NCBI GenBank assembly: GCA_035607055.1
Contig: DATNDC010000129.1
Coordinates: 8,999-72,998 of the forward strand
Reading direction: 5' to 3'
DNA from: Polyangia bacterium
GTDB lineage: Bacteria > Myxococcota_A > Polyangia > Fen-1088
DNA length: 64,000 nucleotides
A program made the position numbers and the translations under genes. The first letter of the stretch is position 1. Each line of letters starts with the position of its first letter. The notes under the pieces are model-generated. The model was not told where the DNA came from. It did no database searches and saw nothing but the letters and a program-made list of their open reading frames with translations. Shown here in pieces: positions 27,772 to 36,547 of the stretch.

Positions 27772-28176
27772 ATGACAGATCGGGTCTCGCCGGCGGTCTT
27801 CTGGGCGTGGGTTCCAGTCCCGCTCTGGACGGTGGTCATCTTCCTGGCGTCGTCGGTGCCGGGGAGCGAGCTGCCGGTCCTGCCGGGCCAGTCGGACAAG
27901 CTCGTGCACGCTGCCGTCTACGCCATTCTGGGCGCGCTCGTGGTGCGCGCGGCGCGCCTGACCTGGCCGCACTGGACGCGCGCCCGGCTCGTGGCGGCGG
28001 CGACGATCTTTTGCCTGCTCTACGGGGCGAGCGACGAATTTCACCAGTCGTTCACCCCCAAGCGTACACCGGATTGGCACGACCTCCTGGCCGACACGAT
28101 CGGCGGCGCAATCGGGGGCCTGCTCGGCGCCGCGATCCTGACGCTGATCTTTGCGCGACCTGTGCGGAGGCGATAG
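27772..28176 (+). CDS. VanZ family membrane protein
   Basis: Four TM helices. Motifs SDKLVHAAVYAILGAL and SDEFHQSFTPKRTPDWHDLLADTIGGAIG. Confidence 0.75.
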   Translation: MTDRVSPAVFWAWVPVPLWTVVIFLASSVPGSELPVLPGQSDKLVHAAVYAILGALVVRAARLTWPHWTRARLVAAATIFCLLYGASDEFHQSFTPKRTPDWHDLLADTIGGAIGGLLGAAILTLIFARPVRRR

Positions 28177-28200
28177 CTCAAAACCGCACGGTGCTCTATC

Positions 28201-29439
28201 ATGGGCGCGGGCTCTGCCGAGATGCTCCCCGACGAGAGGACCACCCACCGCAACGAGCTCCCGCTCCCCAGCGACGCTGAAGGTCTGGTCGTCGCGCCGG
28301 ACCGGGCGATCGCCCGACCGCTGATCTCGTTCCTGCGCGGGCAGGGGCTGTCGGTGCGGACGGCGGACGACGCCGATTCGGCGTTCGAGGAGGCGCTGCT
28401 GCACCCGCCCGACGTCGTGCTCGTCGACGATCGCGTGCCGCCGACCGGCGGCGTCGACCTGTGCGGGCGCCTCAAGGACAACGTCCGCACGCACTTCGTG
28501 CCGGTGATCATCTGCGGGCTCAACGACCTGCGCAGCTTCCGGCTGCGGGCGCTGACCGTGGGCGCCGACGCCGTGTTCGCCCCCTCGACCGACGCGCAGG
28601 AGCGGCGGGCGCGGCTGTGGGCGCTCCTGCGCACGCGGGCGCTGCACCGGCGGGCGGAGCGGAGCCACCGGACGCAGCAGACCGAGATCGTCGAGCGGCG
28701 GCACTGGCTGTCGCACTTCCTGCACGATCTGACCGGGCAGGTGGCGGCGTTGGCGGCGAACGTCGATTACCTGTCGAGGTTCGCGCCTCCTGACGGCGAT
28801 CCGCGCCGGCGCGACTTCGACGAGAGCGTCTCGGACGCGCAGGGGGTGTTCGATCGGCTCAAGGGGACCATGCGCACCGTGGTCGACTACGACCGCTACG
28901 AGACCGGGCAGCTCGTCCCGCGCGAGACCCGGATGTTCCTAGGCGAGACGGCGGCCGAGGTGGTCGAGGAGCTGCGACGGCACGCCAGCATCGCCGACAA
29001 GGGGCTGGCGCTCAAACGGCCCGAGAACGAGCGGGCGCTCTACGGCGATCGCGATCTGCTGGCCGCGGCCATGCTGAACCTGGGCATGGGGGCGCTGCGC
29101 CGGATCCCCTCGCGGGGGACGCTCTCCATCGAGGTGGGCGCGACCGACAGCGGCGTCCGCTTCCGGGCGGTGGCGCCCGGGCCGGCGCTGGCCGTCGCGG
29201 AGCGGATGCGAATCTTCGAGCCCTACGGCCGCCGCGGCCACGGGTCGGCCACCTACGGGCTCGGGCTGGCGCTGGCCCACGCGGTGATCGATCTCCACGA
29301 CGGGCGGATCTGGGCCGAGGACTACGAGGGGGGCAAGGGGTGTGCGTTCGTGTTCGAGCTCGGGTGGCAGCGGAGCGGCCCGCGTCCCAAGCGGGGCGGG
29401 GCCCATGGGCGCTCGGGCGCGCCCGTGGAGCCGAGATGA
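28201..29439 (+). CDS. Hybrid receiver-histidine kinase (cytoplasmic)
   Basis: N-terminal receiver-like domain (VVLVDDRVPPTGGVDLCGRLK). H-box SHFLHDLTGQ. HATPase G-boxes (YGLGLALAHAVIDLHDGRIWAE). No TM segments. Confidence 0.85.
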   Translation: MGAGSAEMLPDERTTHRNELPLPSDAEGLVVAPDRAIARPLISFLRGQGLSVRTADDADSAFEEALLHPPDVVLVDDRVPPTGGVDLCGRLKDNVRTHFVPVIICGLNDLRSFRLRALTVGADAVFAPSTDAQERRARLWALLRTRALHRRAERSHRTQQTEIVERRHWLSHFLHDLTGQVAALAANVDYLSRFAPPDGDPRRRDFDESVSDAQGVFDRLKGTMRTVVDYDRYETGQLVPRETRMFLGETAAEVVEELRRHASIADKGLALKRPENERALYGDRDLLAAAMLNLGMGALRRIPSRGTLSIEVGATDSGVRFRAVAPGPALAVAERMRIFEPYGRRGHGSATYGLGLALAHAVIDLHDGRIWAEDYEGGKGCAFVFELGWQRSGPRPKRGGAHGRSGAPVEPR

Positions 29440-30248
29440 AGCTGCCGCGCGCGGCCCGCGCCCTGGGGAGCGCCGCCACCTTGGCCCTGCTGGTCTTCGT
29501 GGCCGGACACGCCCGGGCAGGGGTCAGCGTCGAGGACCTCTGCCGTGCGGTGGTCGAGGATCCGAGCTACAAGGTGCGGGTGAGCGCCGCGCTGACGCTG
29601 GGGAAGGTGGGCGGACCGGCGGCGGTGCCGGCGCTCATCAAGGCGCTCGGCGATCAGAACAACTCGGTGCGCGGCATCGCGGCCCAGTCGCTGGGCAAGA
29701 TCGGCGACAGCTCGGCGAGCGACGCACTTCGCAGCCTGCTGCATCACGAGAGCGACGGGTTCGTGAAGTCGCAGGCCACCGCGGCGCTGGCGCTGCTGTC
29801 GGGCGGCGGCGGCAAGCGGGCCAAGATCTATCTCGCGTTCGGTCCCTTCACCGGGGGCGTCAAGTCGGCCGGGCCCGAGGCCTCGCGCATGATCGCGGAC
29901 GCCCTGGCGCAGGAGCTGGGAAAGCTCCCCTCGGTGACATTGTCGCTGACCGCCGCCGATCAGCACAACTTCGCCAAGAGCGGGATGCTGGGGTTCTTCA
30001 TCGACGGCAACATCACCAAGCTCGAGGACGTGATGGGTGGGGGCGCCTCGGAGACGAACTGCGACGTCAAGGTGATGGTGGCGCGCTGGCCGACCAAGAG
30101 CATCATCAGCTGGACCAACGCGGGCGCCAGCGTGCAGTCGGGCTCACGGCCGCGCGACAAGGACAGCGCGCGCCACGATTGTCTCGAGGCGTCAGCCGGG
30201 CAGCTGGCCGACGATCTGGGGCATTTCTTCAAGTCGCAAGGCGGATAG
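29436..30248 (+). CDS. Secreted HEAT-repeat protein
   Basis: ATG 29436 overlaps the kinase stop (ATGA). Signal peptide MKLPRAARALGSAATLALLVFVAGHARA. HEAT/PBS repeats YKVRVSAALTLGKVGGPAAVPALIKALGDQNNSVRGIAAQSLGKIGD. Confidence 0.7.
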   Translation: MKLPRAARALGSAATLALLVFVAGHARAGVSVEDLCRAVVEDPSYKVRVSAALTLGKVGGPAAVPALIKALGDQNNSVRGIAAQSLGKIGDSSASDALRSLLHHESDGFVKSQATAALALLSGGGGKRAKIYLAFGPFTGGVKSAGPEASRMIADALAQELGKLPSVTLSLTAADQHNFAKSGMLGFFIDGNITKLEDVMGGGASETNCDVKVMVARWPTKSIISWTNAGASVQSGSRPRDKDSARHDCLEASAGQLADDLGHFFKSQGG

Positions 30249-30288
30249 ATAAAATGGATCCACACGACATGCGCAGCGGGAGGGTGTC

Positions 30289-30936
30289 ATGACCACGAGC
30301 GAAGCAGCCGCAGCGCGGCCGGCTTACAAGCGCAAGATGCGCAACTACCTGCTCGACGTCGGGCTGCAGCTTCGCTACACGGCAACGATCGTCGTGGTGG
30401 CGATTTTCCTGACGGCCGGCCTCGGCTTCAAGATGTACCAGGCGACGCGCGAGATCTCGCGCATCATCCTCTTCACCGGCCTGGCCGATCCGGCGACCGC
30501 GCAGGAGCTTCAAACCCAGTTCGCCAACTCCGATCGCATCGTCCTCTGGGGGATCATCGGCTTCGGGATCGTGCTGGTGCTGTCGATCAGCGCGGTGGGC
30601 ATCCTCATCACGCACAAGGTGGTGGGGCCGCTCTACAAGATCTCCAGCCTGTTCGCCCGGGTGCGCGACAACCGGATGATGCCGGCGCCGTCGGGGCTGC
30701 GGAAAGGGGACGAGCTGCAGGAGTTCTACTCGTCGTTCCGCGAGATGCACGAGGCGGTGCGCGAGCGGGTGATCGCGGACGTGAAGGCGGTGGGCAGCGC
30801 CGTCGCCGCCATCGAAGGGAGCGGGGCGGCCGGCACACCGGCCGTCCAGCGCGCCCTGGACGAGCTCCGCCAGCTCAAGGAGCGCAAAGAGGAGAGCCTG
30901 GAAGCCCCGGGAACCGGTGAACCTCGCCCAGGCTAG
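30289..30936 (+). CDS. Two-TM membrane protein with stand-alone HAMP-like domain
   Basis: Two TM helices flank a ~60-aa loop. A HAMP-like segment follows: THKVVGPLYKISSLFARVRDNRM..GDELQEFYSSFREMHEAV. No output domain. Confidence 0.6.
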   Translation: MTTSEAAAARPAYKRKMRNYLLDVGLQLRYTATIVVVAIFLTAGLGFKMYQATREISRIILFTGLADPATAQELQTQFANSDRIVLWGIIGFGIVLVLSISAVGILITHKVVGPLYKISSLFARVRDNRMMPAPSGLRKGDELQEFYSSFREMHEAVRERVIADVKAVGSAVAAIEGSGAAGTPAVQRALDELRQLKERKEESLEAPGTGEPRPG

Positions 30937-30953
30937 TTGAAGCCGGGTTGAAC

Positions 30954-31442
30954 CTAGCTGCCGCGGCGCGTCTGCGCGGCGCTCACCAGGCAGAGGCCGT
31001 GCAGGAAGAGGCCGGGCAAAAAGCAGCAGGCGTAGCCCATGAGCGTCGTGGCCATCCAGGCGACGCCGGCGCCGGCGCGCCCGGCGTAGATGTGGCCGGC
31101 GCCCGGGATCAGCATGGAGAGCATCACCGCAGTGACCGGGCTCGTGCGCGGCCGCACCGTCAGAAAGAATGAATCGCCGGTCGAGATCGGCGGCGGTCCC
31201 AGCGCGGTCTCGGCCACCCCGGCGTGCGCCGCGATCGGCTTGCGGCCCGGGTAGATGTACTCGACCACGCCAGCGGTGTTGGTGCGCACGTTGAGCGTTC
31301 CGTGCTCGACCATGCGCGCCAGGTGCTTCTCTGCGGTGCGTACGGAGGTCCGACCGAGGTAGGCGACGTGCGCGGCCGTGACCGGCACGTCGGTCTCGAA
31401 CAGCACCTTCAAGACCAGCTGTTCGAACTCGTCGAAGTCCAT
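30954..31442 (-). CDS. Hypothetical protein: N-terminal winged-helix-like region, C-terminal TM2-like membrane domain
   Basis: MDFDEFEQLVLKVLFETDVPVTAAHVAYLGRTSVRTAEKHLARMVEHG, then two hydrophobic helices with a GAGHIYAGRAG motif. G/C-rich third positions. Confidence 0.55.
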   Translation of the reverse strand: MDFDEFEQLVLKVLFETDVPVTAAHVAYLGRTSVRTAEKHLARMVEHGTLNVRTNTAGVVEYIYPGRKPIAAHAGVAETALGPPPISTGDSFFLTVRPRTSPVTAVMLSMLIPGAGHIYAGRAGAGVAWMATTLMGYACCFLPGLFLHGLCLVSAAQTRRGS

Positions 31443-31778
31443 CCGGCTCCGACTCTAGGGTAGCACAGGCCTCCGGCGAGACGCACGCCCGTCTTTCTTC
31501 GAAATTTCATGGGCCGCTCTCCTCCCACAACCCACACCCGGAGAGAAGAAAACAACGTGGGATCGGGCCGGTCTTCTCGCCCCTCGGCAACGTCTCGACG
31601 ATCATCTTGTACACGGGCGACAACTCCGGCGAGCCGGGCACGATGGCATCGATCGAGTGGGTGCACACGAGAGGCCCTCGGGGGCGAGGGCGCCCGGGAT
31701 CTCTCCCGGGGCGCCCATCGCGCTGGGGCGTTTAGTTAACGGAATACTTCTTATCGGACATCGTGATGCAGCAGCCAC

Positions 31779-32160
31779 ATGAAAATGTCCGGTTTGTGCC
31801 AAGTAGAAATGTCCGGTTCTGGCGGCTGGAAGCGGCACGGTGGCCCGACCAATGGCAACCGAGCTGGTCAGCATGAGCCGCAAGGAGACCAACGGGACCA
31901 GGCCCGCCTGGCCTCGAGGAAGCTGACGCTCCGGCAGAAGGACCGGATCAGAGCTGCTGCTGAGGCCGGCCGAGCGCCAGGTTTCGCCACGAGCGACGCC
32001 GGCGGGGGTGCTGTCGCTGCCTTTCTTGCCCAGTTCGAGGAAGACCAGAAGGAGCGCACGAGGGCTCAGAATCTCCGCGCGGCCCAGCGTCGCAAGGAGC
32101 GAGCTCAGGCCCTGTCGGACCGGACATTTCTACTTGGCAGAAACCCGGACATTTCTACTT
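31779..32160. mobile_element. MITE-like / defective IS element with ~40-bp composite terminal inverted repeats
   Basis: The left end 31779-31816 (atGAAAATGTCCGGTTTGTGCCAAGTAGAAATGTCCGG) is the inverted complement of the right end 32120-32160 (CCGGACATTTCTACTTGGCAGAAACCCGGACATTTCTACTT). Each arm carries two copies of the TAGAAATGTCCGG-type submotif. The region is lower in GC. Confidence 0.45.
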
Positions 32161-32232
32161 AGCGTTGACACGTGACCACGGCGGCCGGCAGGGCCTTGCC
32201 GCGGGCCCCGCCGGGCCCCGCCGGGCCACGCG

Positions 32233-32261
32233 GAGCGGGCGGAGAGCTACCCCGCCCGCTC
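32233..32261 (-). terminator. Strong stem-loop directly after the lectin gene stop
   Basis: GAGCGGGCGG-agagctacc-CCGCCCGCTC is a 10-bp perfect stem that ends 8 nt from the stop codon at 32270-32272. There is no clear U-tract on the minus-strand transcript. Confidence 0.35.
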
Positions 32262-32269
32262 TTCGTTCA

Positions 32270-34408
32270 TCAGCGCAGGATCGGGTCGGTGGCGCAGGTG
32301 AGCAGGTTCTGGCTCGGAGAAACGCCAGACATGGCCTCGTTCAAGAACGACGTATCACAGACGTGCATCGGATAGTCGTCCTCCGTGCCGTAATCGATGC
32401 GTTCGCTGCTGATCGGGTTGCCGGGGATTTGTTGGCAGGCGAGCTGGTCCAAGTCTTGGTGGTAGCCGACCATGACAGATCCGAGCGGGCACGTATGCAT
32501 GCCGTTACGTTGCGTCCCGACGTCCAGGCTGATCGCGCCCGTCCCATCTCGCAGCCAGGCGCACTTGAAGACGTTCTGATCGAGCCTCGCCCCTACCATC
32601 GCGCTGCCCGTCGGGCAGCAGTGCATCGACGTTCCGCCGACGGTGCACCCGGTGGACCCATCGTAGAACGGCACCGGTCCATCCGCGTACCACTGCTGGG
32701 AGGGCCCATCGTTCTCGTCCCAGAGCCAGACCGTGGTGCCGGCTTGCTCGTTGTTCCACTTCACGTCGAGGACGGTACCGAGCCCGTTGCGAATGATGCC
32801 CTTCTCCGGATCGTAGGTCCAGAGCTGGCGGGCGGGCGGAGGGTTCGTGCCTCCGCCGAGGCACTCGGAAATCTCGACCGGGTTGCCAGGGTAGAAGTCT
32901 CCGAAATCGAATCCGTTACTATCCGGCCGGGCCTGCAGGCACATGCCGGACGCGGTGTTGGTGATGGTCTGCGCCGTGCGATCGTAATGCCACTGTTGGG
33001 CTGCGCCGCCATTGCAGTACCAAAGCTGTACCGCCGTGCCCGGCGTCGAGCTTGCGTTCGGCACGTCGAGGCATAGCCCTGTGTTCGCCGAGAGGGCGAT
33101 CCGTCCGGCCGTTTGGGTGAGATCGGGCTGCGGATGCGTGATGCGGTAGAGACCGTCGATCGCCGAGTGCACCTCGAAGCCGGGCAGCTCCAGCAGGACC
33201 TCACGCCGGAGCGTGTCTTCCATCGGAGGCACCGAGCTTTGGCCCGGCAGGTTCGCCGTGCAAGTCGAATCAACCGTGTAATGGTCTGAAAGCGGATGAT
33301 TCTGGCCGCCAAAGCATTCGACACCACCGGGAGTCGTTTGGCCGTTGGTACAGTGGTTTGTTATGCATGAATTGTAGTTGGGAATGACGTAAGTGGTCTC
33401 TTGCGAGAGGCCGCTGTTGACATCGGCGCAAGCGACGTCGGTGTGGTCGTAATAATAGTAGTCGTAACCTTCGCTGTTGTTGTTGTAGTGCGGCAAAATA
33501 CGATCCTTCGTGTCACAACGTACGCCTGGAAGCATCCAGTTGTTGAGCCAGTTCTGGAGGGTGGGTCGATAGCCGTCGGTTCCGTCGATCTCCAAGGAGC
33601 GCAATCTGTCGGCCTGGAACGTGGGGTCCAGATAGCCGATGATCGCCAAACGCTGCGGGATCAGCGCCATGAAGCGCGTAAAGCCGGCCTGCCAGTCGAA
33701 CGAGATGGCTTTCCCCGCGGCGTCGGTGCCCATCGACTCTGGGGCGGAGTTGGTGATGGTCTTCTTCCAGTTTCCGTCGCCGTCCGTGGCCGATTGGACG
33801 AAGAGCCGCGAGAACGTGAGGGGTAGACCGGCATTCTGCGTCGCGACCGCGGAGTCGTGGTCATCGGCGGAGCCCGTCGTGAACCCGCTCGGCATGTCCT
33901 TCAGTGCCTGATTTACCTCGCCCCAATCGGACTCCCAGGTGCTCTCTCGGATCTCCCAGTCGAGCCCCTGCGCGACGCACGCGACCTCGTAGCTCAGACA
34001 CGTCAGGTCGCCCTCTATGTTGGGCGAGCTCGGGCTGAAGAAGAAATCCTGGAGCAAGGAAATTATATCCGTTCCATCTTTTGCGTAATTCGGGTCCGCG
34101 GCAAAGACGTCTCCCACCTCGTTGACTATATCTTTGGTGTAAGTGAGGAGTTGTTTCGCTTGAGCGGCTCCCGAGGATACGGCCTGGGAGCCAGAGATGT
34201 TGCAGCTGTTAGGATCCTCGGGGCACTCGGCGAGCAAGGCCGAGCGCGTCTGCTCGATGTTGCTGGTTCCGGTGGTGCTCGAGCCGGCACTGGATCCGCT
34301 GTCCGGCGGTGCGCCGCAACTGGCAGCAACGAGGCACAGGCCGAGGGCGGTCCAACCGTGCGCAGATCGCCAGCCTTGTAAGTTCCTGGAACCGTGATCA
34401 GGTCTCAT
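32270..34408 (-). CDS. Secreted lipoprotein with unknown N-terminal domain, ricin-type beta-trefoil lectin domain and C-terminal Cys-bounded triple repeat
   Basis: Start set at ATG 34408 (GGAGGG 7 nt upstream), giving MRPDHGSRNLQGWRSAHGWTALGLCLVAASCG (lipobox). (QxW)3-type trefoil: AVQLWYCNGGAAQQWHYD, ARQLWTYD, TVWLWDENDGPSQQWYADG. GC is clearly lower and codon use atypical versus neighbours. Confidence 0.8.
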   Translation of the reverse strand: MRPDHGSRNLQGWRSAHGWTALGLCLVAASCGAPPDSGSSAGSSTTGTSNIEQTRSALLAECPEDPNSCNISGSQAVSSGAAQAKQLLTYTKDIVNEVGDVFAADPNYAKDGTDIISLLQDFFFSPSSPNIEGDLTCLSYEVACVAQGLDWEIRESTWESDWGEVNQALKDMPSGFTTGSADDHDSAVATQNAGLPLTFSRLFVQSATDGDGNWKKTITNSAPESMGTDAAGKAISFDWQAGFTRFMALIPQRLAIIGYLDPTFQADRLRSLEIDGTDGYRPTLQNWLNNWMLPGVRCDTKDRILPHYNNNSEGYDYYYYDHTDVACADVNSGLSQETTYVIPNYNSCITNHCTNGQTTPGGVECFGGQNHPLSDHYTVDSTCTANLPGQSSVPPMEDTLRREVLLELPGFEVHSAIDGLYRITHPQPDLTQTAGRIALSANTGLCLDVPNASSTPGTAVQLWYCNGGAAQQWHYDRTAQTITNTASGMCLQARPDSNGFDFGDFYPGNPVEISECLGGGTNPPPARQLWTYDPEKGIIRNGLGTVLDVKWNNEQAGTTVWLWDENDGPSQQWYADGPVPFYDGSTGCTVGGTSMHCCPTGSAMVGARLDQNVFKCAWLRDGTGAISLDVGTQRNGMHTCPLGSVMVGYHQDLDQLACQQIPGNPISSERIDYGTEDDYPMHVCDTSFLNEAMSGVSPSQNLLTCATDPILR

Positions 34409-34762
34409 GTGTCGTCCCTCCATTCTTCTTCGAGGTCTTTGCGCTCTTGTGGTTGTCGAACGCATCGATGACTCGTGCCTTGGGATGACTTCACCGTTCA
34501 TCGAATGACGAGCACGACTGTCCTATTTCGGCAGCACCGTGAGTGGTGGAGTTGGTCGCTTCGAACTGCTCCGTGGTAACCCCGATGCCGTGTGGCATTG
34601 GGGCTCCGCCCGCGATATGACCCGACAGACCCGCAGAGCTCGGGAAAGGCGGGCGGAGGGGCCGCAGAGCGTGTCCTCACGAAGCACCCGGCGGCGGCGA
34701 AACCCCTGGAAAAGCCCGTGGCATTTGAATATTCGGGCCCCTTGAACGAAACTCTGCGCCCC

Positions 34763-35797
34763 ATGAGGCTTTTGGTTACCGGCGGCGCCGGGTTCATCGG
34801 ATCGGCGTACGTCCGGCTGGTCCGCCGCAAGAGACCGGACGCGCTGGTCGTCAACGTGGACGTGCTCTCGTACGCGGGGAACCTGGAGAACCTCAGGGAG
34901 CTCGAGGGCGATTCGAAGCACGTGTTCGTGCGCGCCGACATCCGGGACCGGGCCAAGATGGAGTCGCTGCTGCGCGAACACGCGATCGAGGCGGTGGTGA
35001 ACTTCGCGGCCGAGAGCCACGTCGATCGGAGCATCGTGTCAGCGGTCCCGTTTCTGGACGCCAACGTCGGGGGGTGCGTCAGCCTGCTGGAGGCAGCGCG
35101 GGCGGCGGGCGTACGCCGCTTCCTGCAGATGTCGACCGACGAGGTGTACGGGTCGCTGGGGCCGACCGGGAAGTTCAACGAGCTGACGCCCCTGGCGCCG
35201 CGCAGCCCGTACTCGGCCAGCAAGGCCGCTGCCGATCATTTTGCGCTGGCGTTTCACCACACGCACGGGCTGGACGTGGTCGTCGCGCGCTGCTCGAACA
35301 ACTACGGGCCCTACCAGTTCCCCGAGAAGCTGATCCCGCTGATGATTTTGAATGCGTTCGAAGGCTTGCCGTTGCCGGTCTATGGCGACGGCGGCCAGGT
35401 GCGGGACTGGATCCACGTCGAGGACAGCTGCGAGGCGATTGATTCGATCCTCGAGCGCGGTCGCTCGGGCGAGGTCTACAACATCGGGGCCGACGACGAG
35501 CGGGCCAACCTGGACGTCGTCCGGGCCATCATCCGCCACTGCGGCCGGGACGAATCGCTGATCCGCCGGGTGGCCGATCGCCCGGGGCACGACCGGCGGT
35601 ACGCCACCGACGCCGGCAAGATTCGCGGAGAGCTCGCTTGGCGCCCCCGCCGGCGGTTCGACGAAGGTCTGGCCGAGACCGTGGCCTGGTACCGGGCCAA
35701 TGACGGGTGGGCCTCGCGGGTCCGCAGCGGCGCGTACCGCAGCTACTACGAGCAGCAATACGCGCAGCGCCTGGCGCCGGGCCGGGAGCGATCGTGA
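34763..35797 (+). CDS. rfbB: dTDP-glucose 4,6-dehydratase
   Basis: Start set at ATG 34763, giving MRLLVTGGAGFIGSAYV. Motifs STDEVYG and YSASKAAADH (YxxxK). Confidence 0.93.
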   Translation: MRLLVTGGAGFIGSAYVRLVRRKRPDALVVNVDVLSYAGNLENLRELEGDSKHVFVRADIRDRAKMESLLREHAIEAVVNFAAESHVDRSIVSAVPFLDANVGGCVSLLEAARAAGVRRFLQMSTDEVYGSLGPTGKFNELTPLAPRSPYSASKAAADHFALAFHHTHGLDVVVARCSNNYGPYQFPEKLIPLMILNAFEGLPLPVYGDGGQVRDWIHVEDSCEAIDSILERGRSGEVYNIGADDERANLDVVRAIIRHCGRDESLIRRVADRPGHDRRYATDAGKIRGELAWRPRRRFDEGLAETVAWYRANDGWASRVRSGAYRSYYEQQYAQRLAPGRERS

Positions 35798-36522
35798 GCG
35801 ATCTGCGCGGCGTGGTGCTGGCGGGCGGAACGGGCTCGCGGCTGTTTCCGCTGACCAAGGTCACGAACAAGCACCTCCTGCCGGTCGGGCGGGAGCCGAT
35901 GATCTTCCACCCGCTCAAGAAGCTGGTGGAGGCCGGGATCTCGGAGATCCTGGTGGTGACCGGGGTTCATCACATGGGGGACGTCGTGGGGCTGCTCGGG
36001 AGCGGCCGGGAATTCGGCTGTGAGCTCACCTATCGCGTGCAAGACGAGGCCGGCGGGATCGCGCAGGCGCTGGGGCTGGCGCGCCGCTTCGGGCGCAGCG
36101 GCCGGCTGGCGGTCATCCTCGGCGACAACATTTTCCAAAGTCCCCTCACCCCGTTCGCCGAGGCGTTCCGGCGGCAACGGAGCGGCGCCAAGATCCTCGT
36201 CCAGGAGGTGAGCGACCCCGGTCGCTACGGGGTCGCCGTGACGGCGGGAGACCGGGTGACCAAGATCATCGAGAAGCCCGCCAATCCCCCGAGCAACCTG
36301 GCGGTGACCGGGATCTATTTCTACGACGAGACGGTGTTCGAGATCGTCGACGGGCTGGCCCCCTCGGGCCGCGGCGAGCTGGAGATCACCGACGTGAACA
36401 ACGCCTACATCGCCCGCGGCGACCTGACGTTCGACGTCCTGCCCGGCTGGTGGACGGACGCGGGGACGTTCGAGTCCTTGCGGCACGCGAGCGCGCTGGT
36501 CGAATGCGCGGACCAGAGGTAG
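35794..36522 (+). CDS. Sugar-phosphate nucleotidyltransferase (short glucose-1-phosphate thymidylyltransferase-like)
   Basis: GTG 35794 overlaps the rfbB stop (GTGA). VVLAGGTGSRLFPLTKVTNKHLLPVGREPMIFHPL matches the RmlA-type G-rich loop. At 242 aa it is shorter than classical RmlA. Confidence 0.8.
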   Translation: MSDLRGVVLAGGTGSRLFPLTKVTNKHLLPVGREPMIFHPLKKLVEAGISEILVVTGVHHMGDVVGLLGSGREFGCELTYRVQDEAGGIAQALGLARRFGRSGRLAVILGDNIFQSPLTPFAEAFRRQRSGAKILVQEVSDPGRYGVAVTAGDRVTKIIEKPANPPSNLAVTGIYFYDETVFEIVDGLAPSGRGELEITDVNNAYIARGDLTFDVLPGWWTDAGTFESLRHASALVECADQR

Positions 36523-36547
36523 CTCCGCGCGGGTGCGCCGCGCCGGC

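Noticed and set aside
31560-31700. Short stretch with coding-like G/C third positions on both strands (for example the minus-frame HSIDAIVPGSPELSPVYKMIVETLPRGEKTGP)
   Set aside because: It has no start, a stop within ~50 codons, and ambiguity between strands. It may be a gene remnant at the islet border, but this is not supportable from sequence alone.
31779-32162. 127-aa ORF spanning the MITE-like element exactly
   Set aside because: Its ends coincide with the inverted repeats (MKMSGLCQVEMSG... / ...RNPDIST). Composition is atypical and no motif is present. It is more likely a by-product of the element than a gene, though a decayed transposase N-terminus cannot be excluded.
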